The notes beneath the pieces are model-generated. The model saw nothing but the letters and a program-made list of their open reading frames with translations. It ran no database searches and was not told the DNA's origin. DNA of 63,152 nucleotides, filler included, from Octopus bimaculoides (lineage: Eukaryota): assembly GCF_001194135.2 (NCBI RefSeq). It is 10 parts of 10 records of this genome, joined end to end, with 100 filler letters (N's around TTAATTAATTAA, not from the genome) between each part and the next. Parts side by side here need not be neighbours in the genome. Positions count along the whole stretch, not along the records: positions 1 to 18,416 come from NC_068982.1; positions 18,517 to 22,106 come from NC_069000.1; positions 22,207 to 31,562 come from NC_068988.1; 7 more parts are not named here. One strand, 5' to 3'. A program made the translations under genes and the position numbers. Every line of letters starts with the position of its first letter. Positions within the stretch are counted from its first letter, which is position 1. Shown piece after piece: positions 13,896-26,285 of the stretch.

Positions 13896-16439
13896 CTCTA
13901 TCAGTTTTTCCATTTATCCGGACTACGTCGTAGCAAACGTATACGTGTATATATATATATATANNNNNNNNNNNNNNNNNNNNNNNNNNNNNNNNNNNNN
14001 NNNNNNNNNNNNNNNNNNNNNNNNNNNNNNNNNNNNNNNNNNNNNNNNNNNNNNNNNNNNNNNNNNNNNNNNNNNNNNNNNNNNNNNNNNNNNNNNNNNN
14101 NNNNNNNNNNNNNNNNNNNNNNNNNNNNNNNNNNNNNNNNNNNNNNNNNNNNNNNNNNNNNNNNNNNNNNNNNNNNNNNNNNNNNNNNNNNNNNNNNNNN
14201 NNNNNNNNNNNNNNNNNNNNNNNNNNNNNNNNNNNNNNNNNNNNNNNNNNNNNNNNNNNNNNNNNNNNNNNNNNNNNNNNNNNNNNNNNNNNNNNNNNNN
14301 NNNNNNNNNNNNNNNNNNNNNNNNNNNNNNNNNNNNNNNNNNNNNNNNNNNNNNNNNNNNNNNNNNNNNNNNNNNNNNNNNNNNNNNNNNNNNNNNNNNN
14401 NNNNNNNNNNNNNNNNNNNNNNNNNNNNNNNNNNNNNNNNNNNNNNNNNNNNNNNNNNNNNNNNNNNNNNNNNNNNNNNNNNNNNNNNNNNNNNNNNNNN
14501 NNNTCGTTGAGCGAACGTGGAAAAAATTATAAATTAAAAACTCGAGAAGCGAGAAAAAATAAATAAATAAAATTTGGAAGTTTCACTTCAAAAATTTTTC
14601 CCATTTCATTCCTTCTTTCTCGTATTCCTTCCGTCTTTTATTTCTGCAATCCTTCATGTCATTACTCAATTTTTAAAATTTATTTTTTATCCATTCTTTC
14701 ATTTTATCAGTAATTATTTACCTTTATTTCTTACGCTTCATTATAAATTTACTTGCATACATACATACATACATACATACGTACGCGTATATATTCAAAT
14801 TCATATTCACTAAAGATTGCAAAACTGAACGAAACCATGGTGCGAGTTTATATAGTTAACCAAACATACACCCACGCGCACATACATGCACACATACACA
14901 CACGTAATGTGCAGTTATATGCTATACATATCTGGTTAAGTATACAATTAAAACCACTGCACGGTTTTTCCTTCTTTGACTTGCGGTGATCTTCAATAGA
15001 AGTGGGGGAAAAAAGGTAAAATTTGTTTATGAATTCGTACGGAGCTGCTATGTAAATGGTTAAGGTTGATGATTGTGTAGATTGATAGTTGGACAACAAT
15101 GGCCGAGTGGGTGAAATAGAACTCAAGTTAGTGTTCTGGTGGAGGTTCTGTTGAGTGAAAGACAATAAAAACAACGAAAGAAAGGGGTGAGGAAGAAAAG
15201 AGGAGGAGCGATAGATGAATTAGTTAGGTTCGGGTGAAGGTTCAGTGTAGTTAGTTATATCGCAAAACCAGAGGACCAGAGTCCGTAGTCAAAGAAATAT
15301 ACCAGTTAGAGGAAGAAACCATGCCTAGAGTTTGTAGTGTGATTACTACTTCTTGTACGTAGACTAGAATGTTTATGTGTTGTAGAAACACCGTCTTAGT
15401 AGTTTAATGTCGATCACACTTGATCTTTATAATGGATCAAAACTTGTCATACCCGGTTTGGCGCCTCTTCTGGTGTTCTTTAACTCCTTTATTGTATTCA
15501 AAAGTGACTTTGTGACATTATCGATATTGGCTTTTGCAGCCCAACTTGAACTCTTCTCTCATCTCTGGAAGATGACTTCTCTATTCTAGAAATATTTCTA
15601 TAGTCGCTGTTCTACGAAATTTCCCACTTTTGTTCCTCCTCCTCTTAACGTTACTGTTCAAGAGACTTGTCTTTCTGCTAATTCCCGTCCTTTCTTTATT
15701 GATACACTTCCTCCTCCTGTAAGAAATATTTCAACTCAAATAGTTTCATTCTTCGACCATCTCTTGTAGGGAGCTATATTCCTTGTTTTCCAAATGAACA
15801 TCGTGATCCTTTTAAATCTTGCGTTGGTCATTTTTATGAATACCTCACGGCGACTACAACCAACATCGTAACATAGGCCACCAACACCATCTTCCACTAC
15901 CCCTACTCCTGCGTGAAAATACGTCACAACGACCACGACCAACAGTTGGAGAGTTGCTGCTGTTGCTAACCCAAACGCCGAGCAGTTTAAAATAAAATGA
16001 CAAAATTGATGTAAATACTCATTTTCTGAACTACTTTCTTCTGAAGATAGGCCTTTGCGCCCGAAATATAAAGGGTTCTTGTAAAACTTACAGCATTGTT
16101 AGAAGCATTCTTTATTTCTCTTTTACTTCATTTTCTCCTTCTGTACTACAGTGCTTCAAGCAAACTACAACGTTCTGTTTGTTTTAGTTTTTTCTTTAGT
16201 AACAGTTGAAGTCTTTGTTTCAGACTCTGTTTTATTACTAGCTGCTTGTCCTCTTGTCGAGGATTGAGTACTTTGTGAATCTGGAAAGGAAACTTACTCT
16301 TGGAGTTGAGAGTTCGATAATATTTTGTTTCGTCCCTATGACAGGTCGATACTCTGAGTTTGTGAACCTTGGTATTTGTGATATTTTAAAGGATTTTTAA
16401 GGATACGTTGTTTGCGCGTAGTTTGGATACAGTATAACT

Positions 16440-16650
16440 CTTACAATTCTGTTTTCATCTGTCTTTACGTTCCGAGTTCAAATTCCGCCGGGGTCTTTCA
16501 TGCTCTTGGGTCGAAAAAATAAGTACCTCCCCCGAAATTGCTGTCGATAAACTAAGTACCAGTCAAGTACTGGGGTTGATGTAATCAACCAGCCCCACCC
16601 CACACCCCACCCCAAACTGCAGGCCTTGTGCCTATATTAGAAAGGATTAT
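16440..16650 (+). mobile_element. SINE family A
   Basis: ccgagttcaaattccgcc...aagtaccagt...ggccttgtgcctatattagaaagga. Confidence 0.7.
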
Positions 16651-16954
16651 AAGTGTTTCGTTGAAAAGATTGTGTGACGACTATGTTCAAGAGGTGAAAC
16701 GAGACTGTGGTTGTCTGTCCATTGACCGATGTTATCACCGTCTTAAATTCAAGAAGCTATGTCCAGAGTGATTTACCCCCATTGTGTACAAGTGACACCC
16801 ATGTGAGAAAGTGGTGAGGCGTCTACATCAAATAAGTCGTTAGCGTGCATATTGTCATACATTTTGCCCTGAACTCAAGCATTTTCACCTACAATATCAC
16901 TTTTAAAATATTTTTCAATAAGTGTATGATGTTTTTTTTATAAAACACTTGTAT

Positions 16955-17007
16955 GATAGGAGTGCGTTATATGCGAGAGTGCGTGTTATAGACCGGCAAA
17001 TACGGTA
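16955..17007 (-). mobile_element. Tc2/pogo-like terminal inverted repeat fragment
   Basis: Reverse complement TACCGTATTTGCCGGTCTATAACACGCAC resembles TA-flanked CCGTATTT...TATAAGACGCAC termini. No partner end seen. Confidence 0.35.
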
Positions 17008-17914
17008 ATTGCTTCCCGGTGTTGTTACAGACACTGCTAGAGCACTACAAGTAAATATTTTAAGTCATGAAAATTAAATGAGAAACAACAGCAATAAATT
17101 ATTTTCAATTTTCTATGGAATTTGAAAGCGCATAGTTATTGTTTAAAGATGTGATATTTTAAATAAGGAATTTGAATAACCTATTTATCTCCCAGACAAC
17201 TCCTATCCAATATTTATAGTACAACTTCATCTCAGAAGCTCAGAACTGTTGCTTGATATATCTGCAATACACCGCGAAAACATACCTGTTAGAAGAGGTG
17301 CTTCTTGGAAAATGATACGAACAGGAACAATACTGGAAGAGACTGAGGCCTGCCATCCATCAAGGAATTCGAGGAACCACTTTGCCCTCATTTTGTGCGC
17401 TTGCTTTATACTCAAATATTCTACAACTTTGGTATAATCACCAGGACAGCATGACAAAATGACATAAAGTATCAAGCTCAACAAGGAAAAATGTATAAAC
17501 GTGTGTGCATGTGCATATATGAGTGTATGTGTGTGTGTGTGAATGCATGCATGCATGTATGTATGTATGTATGTTAAACACACACACACATACAGGCACG
17601 CAGGCAGGCACGCACACACACACATATATGTATATATGCCTACAGATATCGATTAACAGAAACTCAAGCTTAAAGATCAACGGCATCGACCTCAACCAGT
17701 CTGGGAGGAGCCGCCAATACTTCGGACACTACTGCACTTCCCCGGACTAAATAAATAAATAAAACAATCAGCATTTCTTGGAAAAATTCGATAGAATTTA
17801 TTGTCCATTGTGTTTTTGTGTACAAAGATAAAAAAATAAAAGAAAAACACTGGTGGGTGGGGAGAGAAAACAACCCAAAATGCTACGTCTACCACCCAAA
17901 ATGCTACACCACCA

Positions 17915-17999
17915 CCACCAACAACAACAACACCCGCATCATCACAATCATAACAGCAACAACAACAACAACAATAATAATAATAATAATAACAACAAC

Positions 18000-18065
<66 letters not shown>

Positions 18066-18416
18066 CACAGCAGCAGCAACAATAATGGCAACAACAACAA
18101 CTGCAACAGCAAAAACAACAGCAAAAGACAACAACAGCAACAACTACAACAACAACAATAGGCAGTTCAGAGAAGCGTGCAGAAAGCCGTGTTATCTTAA
18201 CATCGCAATATCGATTTATTGGTGCACGATCAATTGTCTTAGTTTAACATTACCCACACCCAACATCACCACCACCACCGCCACAGACGCCGCCACCGAC
18301 AGACCCCACCAACATCAGCCCGCCGCCACTGCCGACACCGCCGACACAGCCGCCACCGACACCACTGCCACCGCTATCACCACCGCAATCGTCAACAAAA
18401 TCATAACTAGAACCAC
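17915..18416 (+). repeat. (AAT)n/(AAC)n/(ACC/GCC)n microsatellite cluster
   Basis: Direct reading. Confidence 0.9.
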
Positions 18417-18460
18417 NNNNNNNNNNNNNNNNNNNNNNNNNNNNNNNNNNNNNNNNNNNN

Positions 18461-18472
18461 TTAATTAATTAA
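18461..18472. other. Assembly gap linker TTAATTAATTAA (also 22151, 31607, 35601, 42872, 50790, 56337, 59333, 61033)
   Basis: Always centred as 44 N + 12 nt + 44 N = 100; carries stop codons in all six frames; not biological sequence. Confidence 0.95.
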
Positions 18473-19741
18473 NNNNNNNNNNNNNNNNNNNNNNNNNNNN
18501 NNNNNNNNNNNNNNNNATATATATATATATATATATTAGAAAGTTTAAGATGAAATGCTAAATACATGTCACGTTTGTAAACTCGTGAATCAGCACAACT
18601 GTTAAATTTACATATGTGAAAATGACAGACAAGACGAGGGGGATAAAAATTGAGAAAGAGCAAGAGTGAGAGTGAGAGAGAGAGAGAGAGAGTGAGTGAG
18701 TAAGAGAGAAAGAGATAGAGAGTGAGAGATAGAGATAGATAGAGAGAGAGAGAGAGAGAATATAAAAAGAAGAGTTAGAGATAGTAAGTTGTACGTCATC
18801 ACAATATTTTGCAATTTTCTTCAAATCAAAATATCAGATTCCGTTTAGGTTTATAAAACGAACGTAATATCTAGAAAATACAGCCTGCATTCAGAAGACG
18901 TTTGGAAAAACACGTTGCTCGTATTACAGAAATATAGCCGTCAGACGTATATTTTCACATCTCTTTCAACTGTTTATATCTAAAACAATAACATAACTAA
19001 CCATAGAATCTTTAGAAATGATCAAAAGAAAATCTCTTTAGCAGGACTCTCTTTTAATGTTGTTCCTGCGCAGACAATATGGTCGGGCTATAAGCCACAC
19101 AAGAGCCGCCTGCCTTTTAGCACTGTACATTGAATTATACAGGTTTCAAAAAAATTATTATAATAATAATGATAAAAATAAAAAAAAGCAAGACATAACA
19201 AAAAAGCTCCTAAAAAATTCTGATCATCATTCGTATTGCAAAAATCTGTAAATGATAAAACAAACACTGGTGCCATCGCTATTAGACAGAAAAACATTTT
19301 TTTTTNNNNNNNNNNNNNNNNNNNNNNNNNNNNNNNNNNNNNNNNNNNNNNNNNNNNNNNNNNNNNNNNNNNNNNNNNNNNNNNNNNNNNNNNNNNNNNN
19401 NNNNNNNNNNNNNNNNNNNNNNNNNNNNNNNNNNNNNNNNNNNNNNNNNNNNNNNNNNNNNNNNNNNNNNNNNNNNNNNNNNNNNNNNNNNNNNNNNNNN
19501 NNNNNNNNNNNNNNNNNNNNNNNNNNNNNNNNNNNNNNNNNNNNNNNNNNNNNNNNNNNNNNNNNNNNNNNNNNNNNNNNNNNNNNNNNNNNNNNNNNNN
19601 NNNNNNNNNNNNNNNNNNNNNNNNNNNNNNNNNNNNNNNNNNNNNNNNNNNNNNNNNNNNNNNNNNNNNNNNNNNNNNNNNNNNNNNNNNNNNNNNNNNN
19701 NNNNNNNNNNNNNNNNNNNNNNNNNNNNNNNNNATAATAAA

Positions 19742-19778
<37 letters not shown>

Positions 19779-19800
19779 TTCATAATAATAATAATGATGT

Positions 19801-19834
19801 TTGGGGTTAACGCAGAAAAGAAAATGCAAAGTCC

Positions 19835-19872
<38 letters not shown>

Positions 19873-20390
19873 TAATAATAATAAAAATAATGATAGTAAT
19901 AGTTGGGGTTAAAGCCAAAAAATAAAATGCAAAGTCCTATGGTGAGAACGAAGACTTGAGAGCCATCTTGAACAGCTCGAGATACATGCAATCATAGACG
20001 GATGAATGCACTCATAGAAAAGAAGGTGAAGAAAGACACAAGAAAGAACTGGAAGAAGAGTTCAGCATTGGAAACAAAGGAACGCAGGGAGTTAAAGTAG
20101 AGTTAAGACAAAAACCAAAGTAGTGTCAAGTAAAAAAAAAAGAAAAAAAAAAAGAAAAAGCAAAACACAAAACAGAAAGACATACCAACAAAGAACGAAT
20201 CAGTCACAGCAAAATGGACTCTTTAAGAACAACGAAAGAAAAAATCTCTAGACAACTGAACAAGGAAAAGAAGATTCAGCGGAATGATATGCCAGATGCT
20301 GAAACAGCAAGAAAATTCTGGACAGAAACCTGGAGCAAAGATGTTCAGCATAATATAAAGACAGCCTGGGCGCAGGAATGAGTTTACAAG
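19801..20390 (+). mobile_element. R4/Dong-like (RLE) non-LTR retrotransposon fragment, pre-RT region
   Basis: Broken frames give W*ERRLE, KKELEEEFSIGNKG..VELRQK, QQNGLFKNNE and RQLNKEK..MPDAETARKFWTETWSKDVQHN..AW, matching recalled R4/Dong pre-RT motifs. Confidence 0.65.
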
Positions 20391-20404
20391 CAGCGATCAT
20401 CATC

Positions 20405-20685
20405 GTTCTTTTATTCTTTCCATATGTTTCAGTCATCTGCCTGCGGCCATGCTGGAGCACGGCCTTTAGTCGAAGAAATCAACCTCAGCATTTATTCATT
20501 CTTTGTAAGGGTAGTACTTATCCTATCGGTCTCTTTCACCGGACTTCGGTTGTCAAGTGATGGTGGTGGTGGTGGTGGTGGTGCTGGTAGGGGCGACAAA
20601 CTCACCCACATACACACGCGAGCGCACACATATATATACATATACGACAGGCTTCTTTCAGTTTCTGTCTACTAAATCCGCTCTA
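20405..20685 (-). mobile_element. SINE family B (tail plus partial head)
   Basis: tgtttcagtcat...catgctggagcac...caggcttctttcagttt. Confidence 0.7.
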
Positions 20686-21079
20686 GTATTTTCTTTTGTT
20701 CAGGTGGTCACAAAACGATATTTTCAAGTGAGATCTGAATTTCATCTTCGTGTTCGAATGTAACATGACTAGCGTTATTACTTGTCCATTACTTTCAAAA
20801 TAAAATGCTGACTTTTCTCAGATTTCATTTCATTTACCTGTAATCATGTTCAATGCTTTATTTTAATTCTTTACATGAAACATATCTGTATAATAAAAAA
20901 TAAAATACAAACGGTGTACGTGTAAAGTAAGCTTTTAGTCAAAATACGACACCGTGCAGGGAGACCCATATCTAACATTTCTGATGTTATGTATAAATTC
21001 CATTAAAAACCTATATAATACTGCATTTTATACAAATGTGTAAGATCTATTATAAAACGTAAATACACAATAAACACAT

Positions 21080-21106
21080 GTATACATACATACATACATA
21101 CATACA

Positions 21107-21181
<75 letters not shown>

Positions 21182-21182
21182 G
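21080..21182 (+). repeat. (TACA)n followed by (TCTA)n microsatellite
   Basis: Direct reading. Confidence 0.95.
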
Positions 21183-22072
21183 TATATACACGTACATATA
21201 TGTGTGCCAAAGAGAGAAAGACAGAGAGATGGGGGAACGTCAAAGCGATGAAGAATGAGACAAGTGGATGGAGAATGACAGATAAGAAAAATAGACGAAA
21301 AAAAAGAGGCAAGAGCAGCGATAACTAAGAAAAACAGACAGGATAAAAAAAATAATGAAAGCAATATAAAATTATACGATAAAGAACGAAATAAATTATA
21401 CAAGGACAAACGAACAGACCGACAGACCGACTAAGAGAGACTAACCGGCAGACGAGAAAATAAAGAAAAAATATAGAAGAAAATTAATGAATATATATAT
21501 TGAGAGCAAGAAAGAAAGAACGATGGTACGAGGGAAATAGGTAAAGTATAGATAGAAAGAAAGAAAAATCTATGTTCTATTTTAGTTGCAGTTTTGTCAT
21601 GAGGTGGACAAAACTGTCTGTCTGGTTCCATTATAATCATTTGGACATGTCATAAAGAACCAATCCTTGCTGTTGAGTTCATGCTTTTGGCAGCTTGGAG
21701 GAGAAGGAGGAGGTTGTGTTGTTGAACATATTTCAACAGGAACTCCGCTTGGAAATAAGTGTGAAACATAAGGTGTGTTTCAATAAAGTCTTACTAAATG
21801 GAAATGTCCAGAATATGTCAGAAATATGACTTTTGTTCTAGATAAGTGTTGTGATTATTTTGAGAATTGTTCTTCGATTTATATTATTTACTGATTGTTG
21901 TTAGTAATGAAATATTGGAAGTTTTGGTTGGTCGGTCTCTAAAGCATCACCTTTGAACAGTTTAAAGTAATGCGTCGAAGTACATAACTTATACGCATAA
22001 ATGCATGCGTACGTACATGCATACATATATTATGGATGTGTGTGTGTGCTTGTATATATACACATGGAAATA

Positions 22073-22106
<34 letters not shown>

Positions 22107-22331
22107 NNNNNNNNNNNNNNNNNNNNNNNNNNNNNNNNNNNNNNNNNNNNTTAATTAATTAANNNNNNNNNNNNNNNNNNNNNNNNNNNNNNNNNNNNNN
22201 NNNNNNATATACATATAATGGATAATAAAACGAATAGTTTACACCTGGTAAAGCACGGCCACTTTCAGAATGATCGTTATGTATATAACAGATGAAAGAC
22301 AGAAGATGGAATATATGAGAATTTATTATTA

Positions 22332-22437
22332 ATCACAACAATTGTTTCGACACATCTAGCATCAATTCCTCTTGGGTGGGATGCTCAACAACTGGTTCAG
22401 GAGCATCTGGTGGTGCAGATGTATCTCGTCAGGTAAT
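22332..22437 (-). ncRNA. Type I hammerhead ribozyme motif (intact core, GUU site)
   Basis: Minus strand ATTAC-CTGACGA-GATACATCT-[59 nt]-AGATGTGTC-GAAAC-AATT-GTT-GTGAT. 9-bp stem II, palindromic stem III (ACAATTGT), stem I paired with one G-U. Confidence 0.8.
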
Positions 22438-22701
22438 AAATAGATAAATACAGCTCGTTAAAATGACTGTTCCGCAATGTAACTTTCCATTTTGTAGAGA
22501 GAAAAACAACCAACAATAGAAGATAATAAAGTGAGAAAAGAAAATCTTTGAAACAATGAAACTTTCAAAATTACAAAACAAAAGAGTTGGAATAGCTTCT
22601 CTGAGCAGACATGGCTATGTGATTAAGAAGAGGGATACAAAACAACCAGTGGAAAGTTACCTTGCGGAACAGTCATTTTAACGAGTTGTATTTATTTATT
22701 T

Positions 22702-22807
22702 ATCACCTAACGAGATACATCTGCACCACCAGATGCTCCTGAACCAGTTGTTGAGTGTCCCACCCAAGAGGAATCGATGCTAGATGTGTCGAAACAATAG
22801 TCATGAT
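22702..22807 (+). ncRNA. Hammerhead ribozyme motif, core-mutated (G5A) inverted copy of 22332-22437
   Basis: ATCAC-CTAACGA-GATACATCT...AGATGTGTC-GAAAC-AATA-GTC-ATGAT. Same family as the left copy, with CTGACGA changed to CTAACGA. Confidence 0.7.
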
Positions 22808-22861
22808 TAATAATAAATTCTCATATATTACATCTTCTGTCTTTCATTTGTTTATATATAT

Positions 22862-23088
22862 ATTTATAAGTATAAGGTGTGTTATGAACATTTACAGAAC
22901 ATGTATCCTATATAAATTCAACAAATAATTAAAGATGGAGAAAAGAAGATGTTAAAAGTTTTATGAAATTTTTAATAGAATTTTTATAAAACTTTTAACA
23001 TCTTCACTTCTTCATCTTTAATTGTTTGTTGAGTTTATATAGGATACGTGTTCTATAAATGTTCATAACACACCTTATACTTGTAAAT
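22862..23088. repeat. AT-rich ~227-bp foldback (MITE-like palindrome)
   Basis: atttataagtataaggtgtgttatgaacattta... pairs with ...taaatgttcataacacaccttatacttgtaaat. Arms are about 105 bp with few mismatches, centred near 22975. Confidence 0.85.
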
Positions 23089-23247
23089 TTTCTTATTTAA
23101 AAAAAAGATACTTGCAATAGTAAGCTACAAATTTAATATGAAGAATCTTTATTAGAAATCTGACTTTGGACCCCCCCCCACCCCAAAGTAAAACGGATGA
23201 AATTGAACTCAACCTTTCTCTCTCTCTCTCACACACACACATATAGG

Positions 23248-23502
23248 ACAGGGGCCAAGATGTCTAGTGGTTTGCTGTTCTTGAGATGACAAAGGACTGA
23301 GATATCTGGTGCTGGTGCCATATAAAAAGCACCCAGTGCACTCTGTAAAGTGGTTGGTATTAGGAAGGGCATCCAGCCATAGAAACCATGCCAGAACAGA
23401 CAACAGAACCTGGTGCGGCTCTTGGCCTTTGCAACTCCTGTCAAACTGTTTAACCCGTGCCAGCATGGAAAACAGATATCAAATGATGACGATAATGATG
23501 AT
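23248..23502 (+). mobile_element. SINE/LINE-tail family C ending in (GAT)n
   Basis: ggcatccagccatagaaaccatgcc...ccagcatggaaaacag...tgatgacgataatgatgat. Confidence 0.7.
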
Positions 23503-25349
23503 ATGTATATATATATGAGGCTGATATATATGTGTGTGTGTATATATATCATCTTCATCATCAAATGTGTGTATGTATTTGTGCCTCCTTGTCTTGATAT
23601 TGCATGATAGTTGTAAACAAGTGTCAACCATTATAAAGTGGCTTCATTTGTTTCCAATCTTCTATGTAAACAAGTCTAGTTAAGGGGAAATATTGCCTTG
23701 CTTGGAAACAAATAAGGGTCGAAGACAGGGACAGCATCCAGCTATAAAACACTTGTCACGTGAATTCTGTCTGACTTATACAAGCATGAGAAAATAGATT
23801 TCAAAATTACAATGGTTATTATTATATGCTTCTACTATACCTCTACTTTATTAATATTTTATTTTATAAACCCTGGAAAATGACAAAGCCTATCTTGGAG
23901 AAATTTGAAACCAGGACATAAAGAGACATATATATAAATGAAGCAAGACATTTTGTCTGGCAATCTATTGATTCAGCCATCCAATCTTGATAATGATATT
24001 AATGATAATATATTTTTATATTTATTTGCCACAGATACATAGAAATAGGTAACAAATAAGACAGAAGAGGGATACAAAATAGAATGTAAGATAAGATAAA
24101 GAACAGGAACTAAAAAATATGTTCAGGTAAATGAAAAAGAAACACAAACCCAAACTTGGGAAACCAAACTTCTTTCTGTAAGTCTGAGCATAAGAATAAA
24201 CATGGCTGATGTATTTTTAGAAAATAAACAAAACAAATTAATGAAAACACCAGATTAGATCAATCTGTGAATCACATGATAGAAGGTAAGTATCAAAGTT
24301 CAATTTGATAAATTAACAAGATATGTCACTACATTGAGCACAAAAACAAAAGCTCTTCTTGTTTTGCTTTTGGGATGGTGGCAGTAGGCAAGGCCAGTGA
24401 CTCCATGACAAATTCTAGTGTTTTTGAGACTGATGGGAGAGAAAGAGGAAGAAGCCATGATACATAGTTGTTACTCTTACACCTGATCTGTATGCAACAA
24501 TAACAATATTTCTTTGTTTGTATAAGAATTCACATTACATTGTTGAAAAAGACAGTTGAAATATACCAACTATGACCATTCACCCTGTCATTTATTTATT
24601 TTTTCAGGCATAGTGTATCAAGGATAACATATCTTAATGTATCTTTTTCCATACAGACAACAGGATGTAATTTGAGGAAGATTTCACTGCTATGTCTAGC
24701 AGATTGAAGTGATCACATAAAGGGTTCTTCAATAGCTTGTCAAGTCTTTACTTGTCCACTATCATATTCTTGTCAAACTAACTCTAGGGTTGAACTAACA
24801 ACAGACTTCAAAGCAAAATGAAATAGATGTTCACCAATAGATGGAGAGAGACTATTGTGGCTTTACAGAGCAGTGAAATGTATTCAGAGAGTGAACATCT
24901 ACAGCCTTACAACAGGGCAAACACTGAAAAAGAGAATATTACATTCTGTACACCTCTGATCTGCCACCACAGTACAGTTGTGTTTTCTTGGTCAGTATAA
25001 TGAGGAACAATGCCAAATCAGACATTGGAGCACAATCTGTCCTTGGACACAACAGATCCTGTCAAATCATGTAACCCATGCTAGAATGAAACATTAGTGT
25101 GAAATGATGGTGATGATGAAAATAATGATTAATAGTAATTTCTTCAATATTGTTAACAATACATACATGGTAGCTCAACCTGTATATAACAACCAAATTT
25201 ATACATATATATATAATCATAGCTCTCTTTCATATTCCATTAACCGAATCTACTCACAAGTCAGCCTAGGACTATAACAAAAGACACTTATCTAGGGTGC
25301 CATGTAATGGTACAAAACCCCAAATCACATCACATGTTTGGGAAGCATG

Positions 25350-25388
<39 letters not shown>

Positions 25389-25759
25389 ACACTGGGAATA
25401 TTTGGTAATTAGATCATTACATTCAATTTCCCAATTCATTAGAATATTATCTACGTCATTGAAAATATCTGACCAGTCAAGACTTTGCCACGAACCAACT
25501 CCAATAATATTTCATCTTTTAGTGCACTTCATTCTGAGCCTAACCATTAATATATATTCAGTGCAGCTTAGCTACTTAGACAGAGAGATGAGAGAGTGGA
25601 CAGCAACTGATCCTAGCTGACAACACAAAAGCAATGAACAGACAGTGGACAGTAACACAAGCACCAGCTAACATTTTGACTGCTGCTACAATCACACCAA
25701 TCCATGAACAATAATGGGCCTGTAAACGACCATGCGAAGGAGAGGTGACGAGAATGGCT

Positions 25760-26285
25760 CCTTTAGTACATCGCACGGTCGATACAATAAAACATAAAAA
25801 AGGATAAATGAGTCTAAGTGTCAGAAGGAAAAGAGAGACACAACCGAGGTAGAATGTTTAAGAGAAGATTTTATCGATAGGTTAACATGTGTGTCTGTGT
25901 GTGTGACATATATGCACACAAGGACACCAGTCATTTTGTGGAAGACAAAATAGACAATAAAAGGTAGACATCTGTAGCGAAGAGGTGAAATAAGAAAGAA
26001 CAGTTGGTCATTAAAGTGAAATGAAGCTGGCACTGAACTATCAGAAAGGAACAAGTGTTCTAAGACAGGGTCACCAATTGGTAAAATGACTGTGCGAACA
26101 TCGGGCTGCGTGTTCGAATCACATTGGCCCCTTTAGTACATCGCACGGTCAATACAATAAAATATAAAAAAGGATAAATGAATATAAGTGCCAGAAGAAA
26201 AAGAGAGACACAACCGGGTGGAATGTTTAAGAAAAGATTTTATTGATAGGTTAATATGTGTGTCTATGTGTGTGACATATATGCA
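25760..26285 (+). repeat. ~157-bp direct repeat, period about 370 bp (25760-25916 / 26130-26285)
   Basis: cctttagtacatcgcacggtc...gtgacatatatgca occurs twice with scattered substitutions. Confidence 0.85.

Larger units (their letters stand above)
22282..22858. repeat. Inverted repeat of ~208-bp arms (22282-22489 / 22650-22858) with 160-bp spacer, each arm carrying an HHR
   Basis: Arms are reverse complements with scattered substitutions (e.g. gaaagacagaagatg...gtaactttcca versus tggaaagttac...catcttctgtctttc). Confidence 0.9.

Noticed and set aside
21600-21760. Open frames on both strands (GVPVEICSTTQPPPSPPSC...; CHKEPILAVEF)
   Set aside because: No good splice sites and no sustained similarity to a known family.
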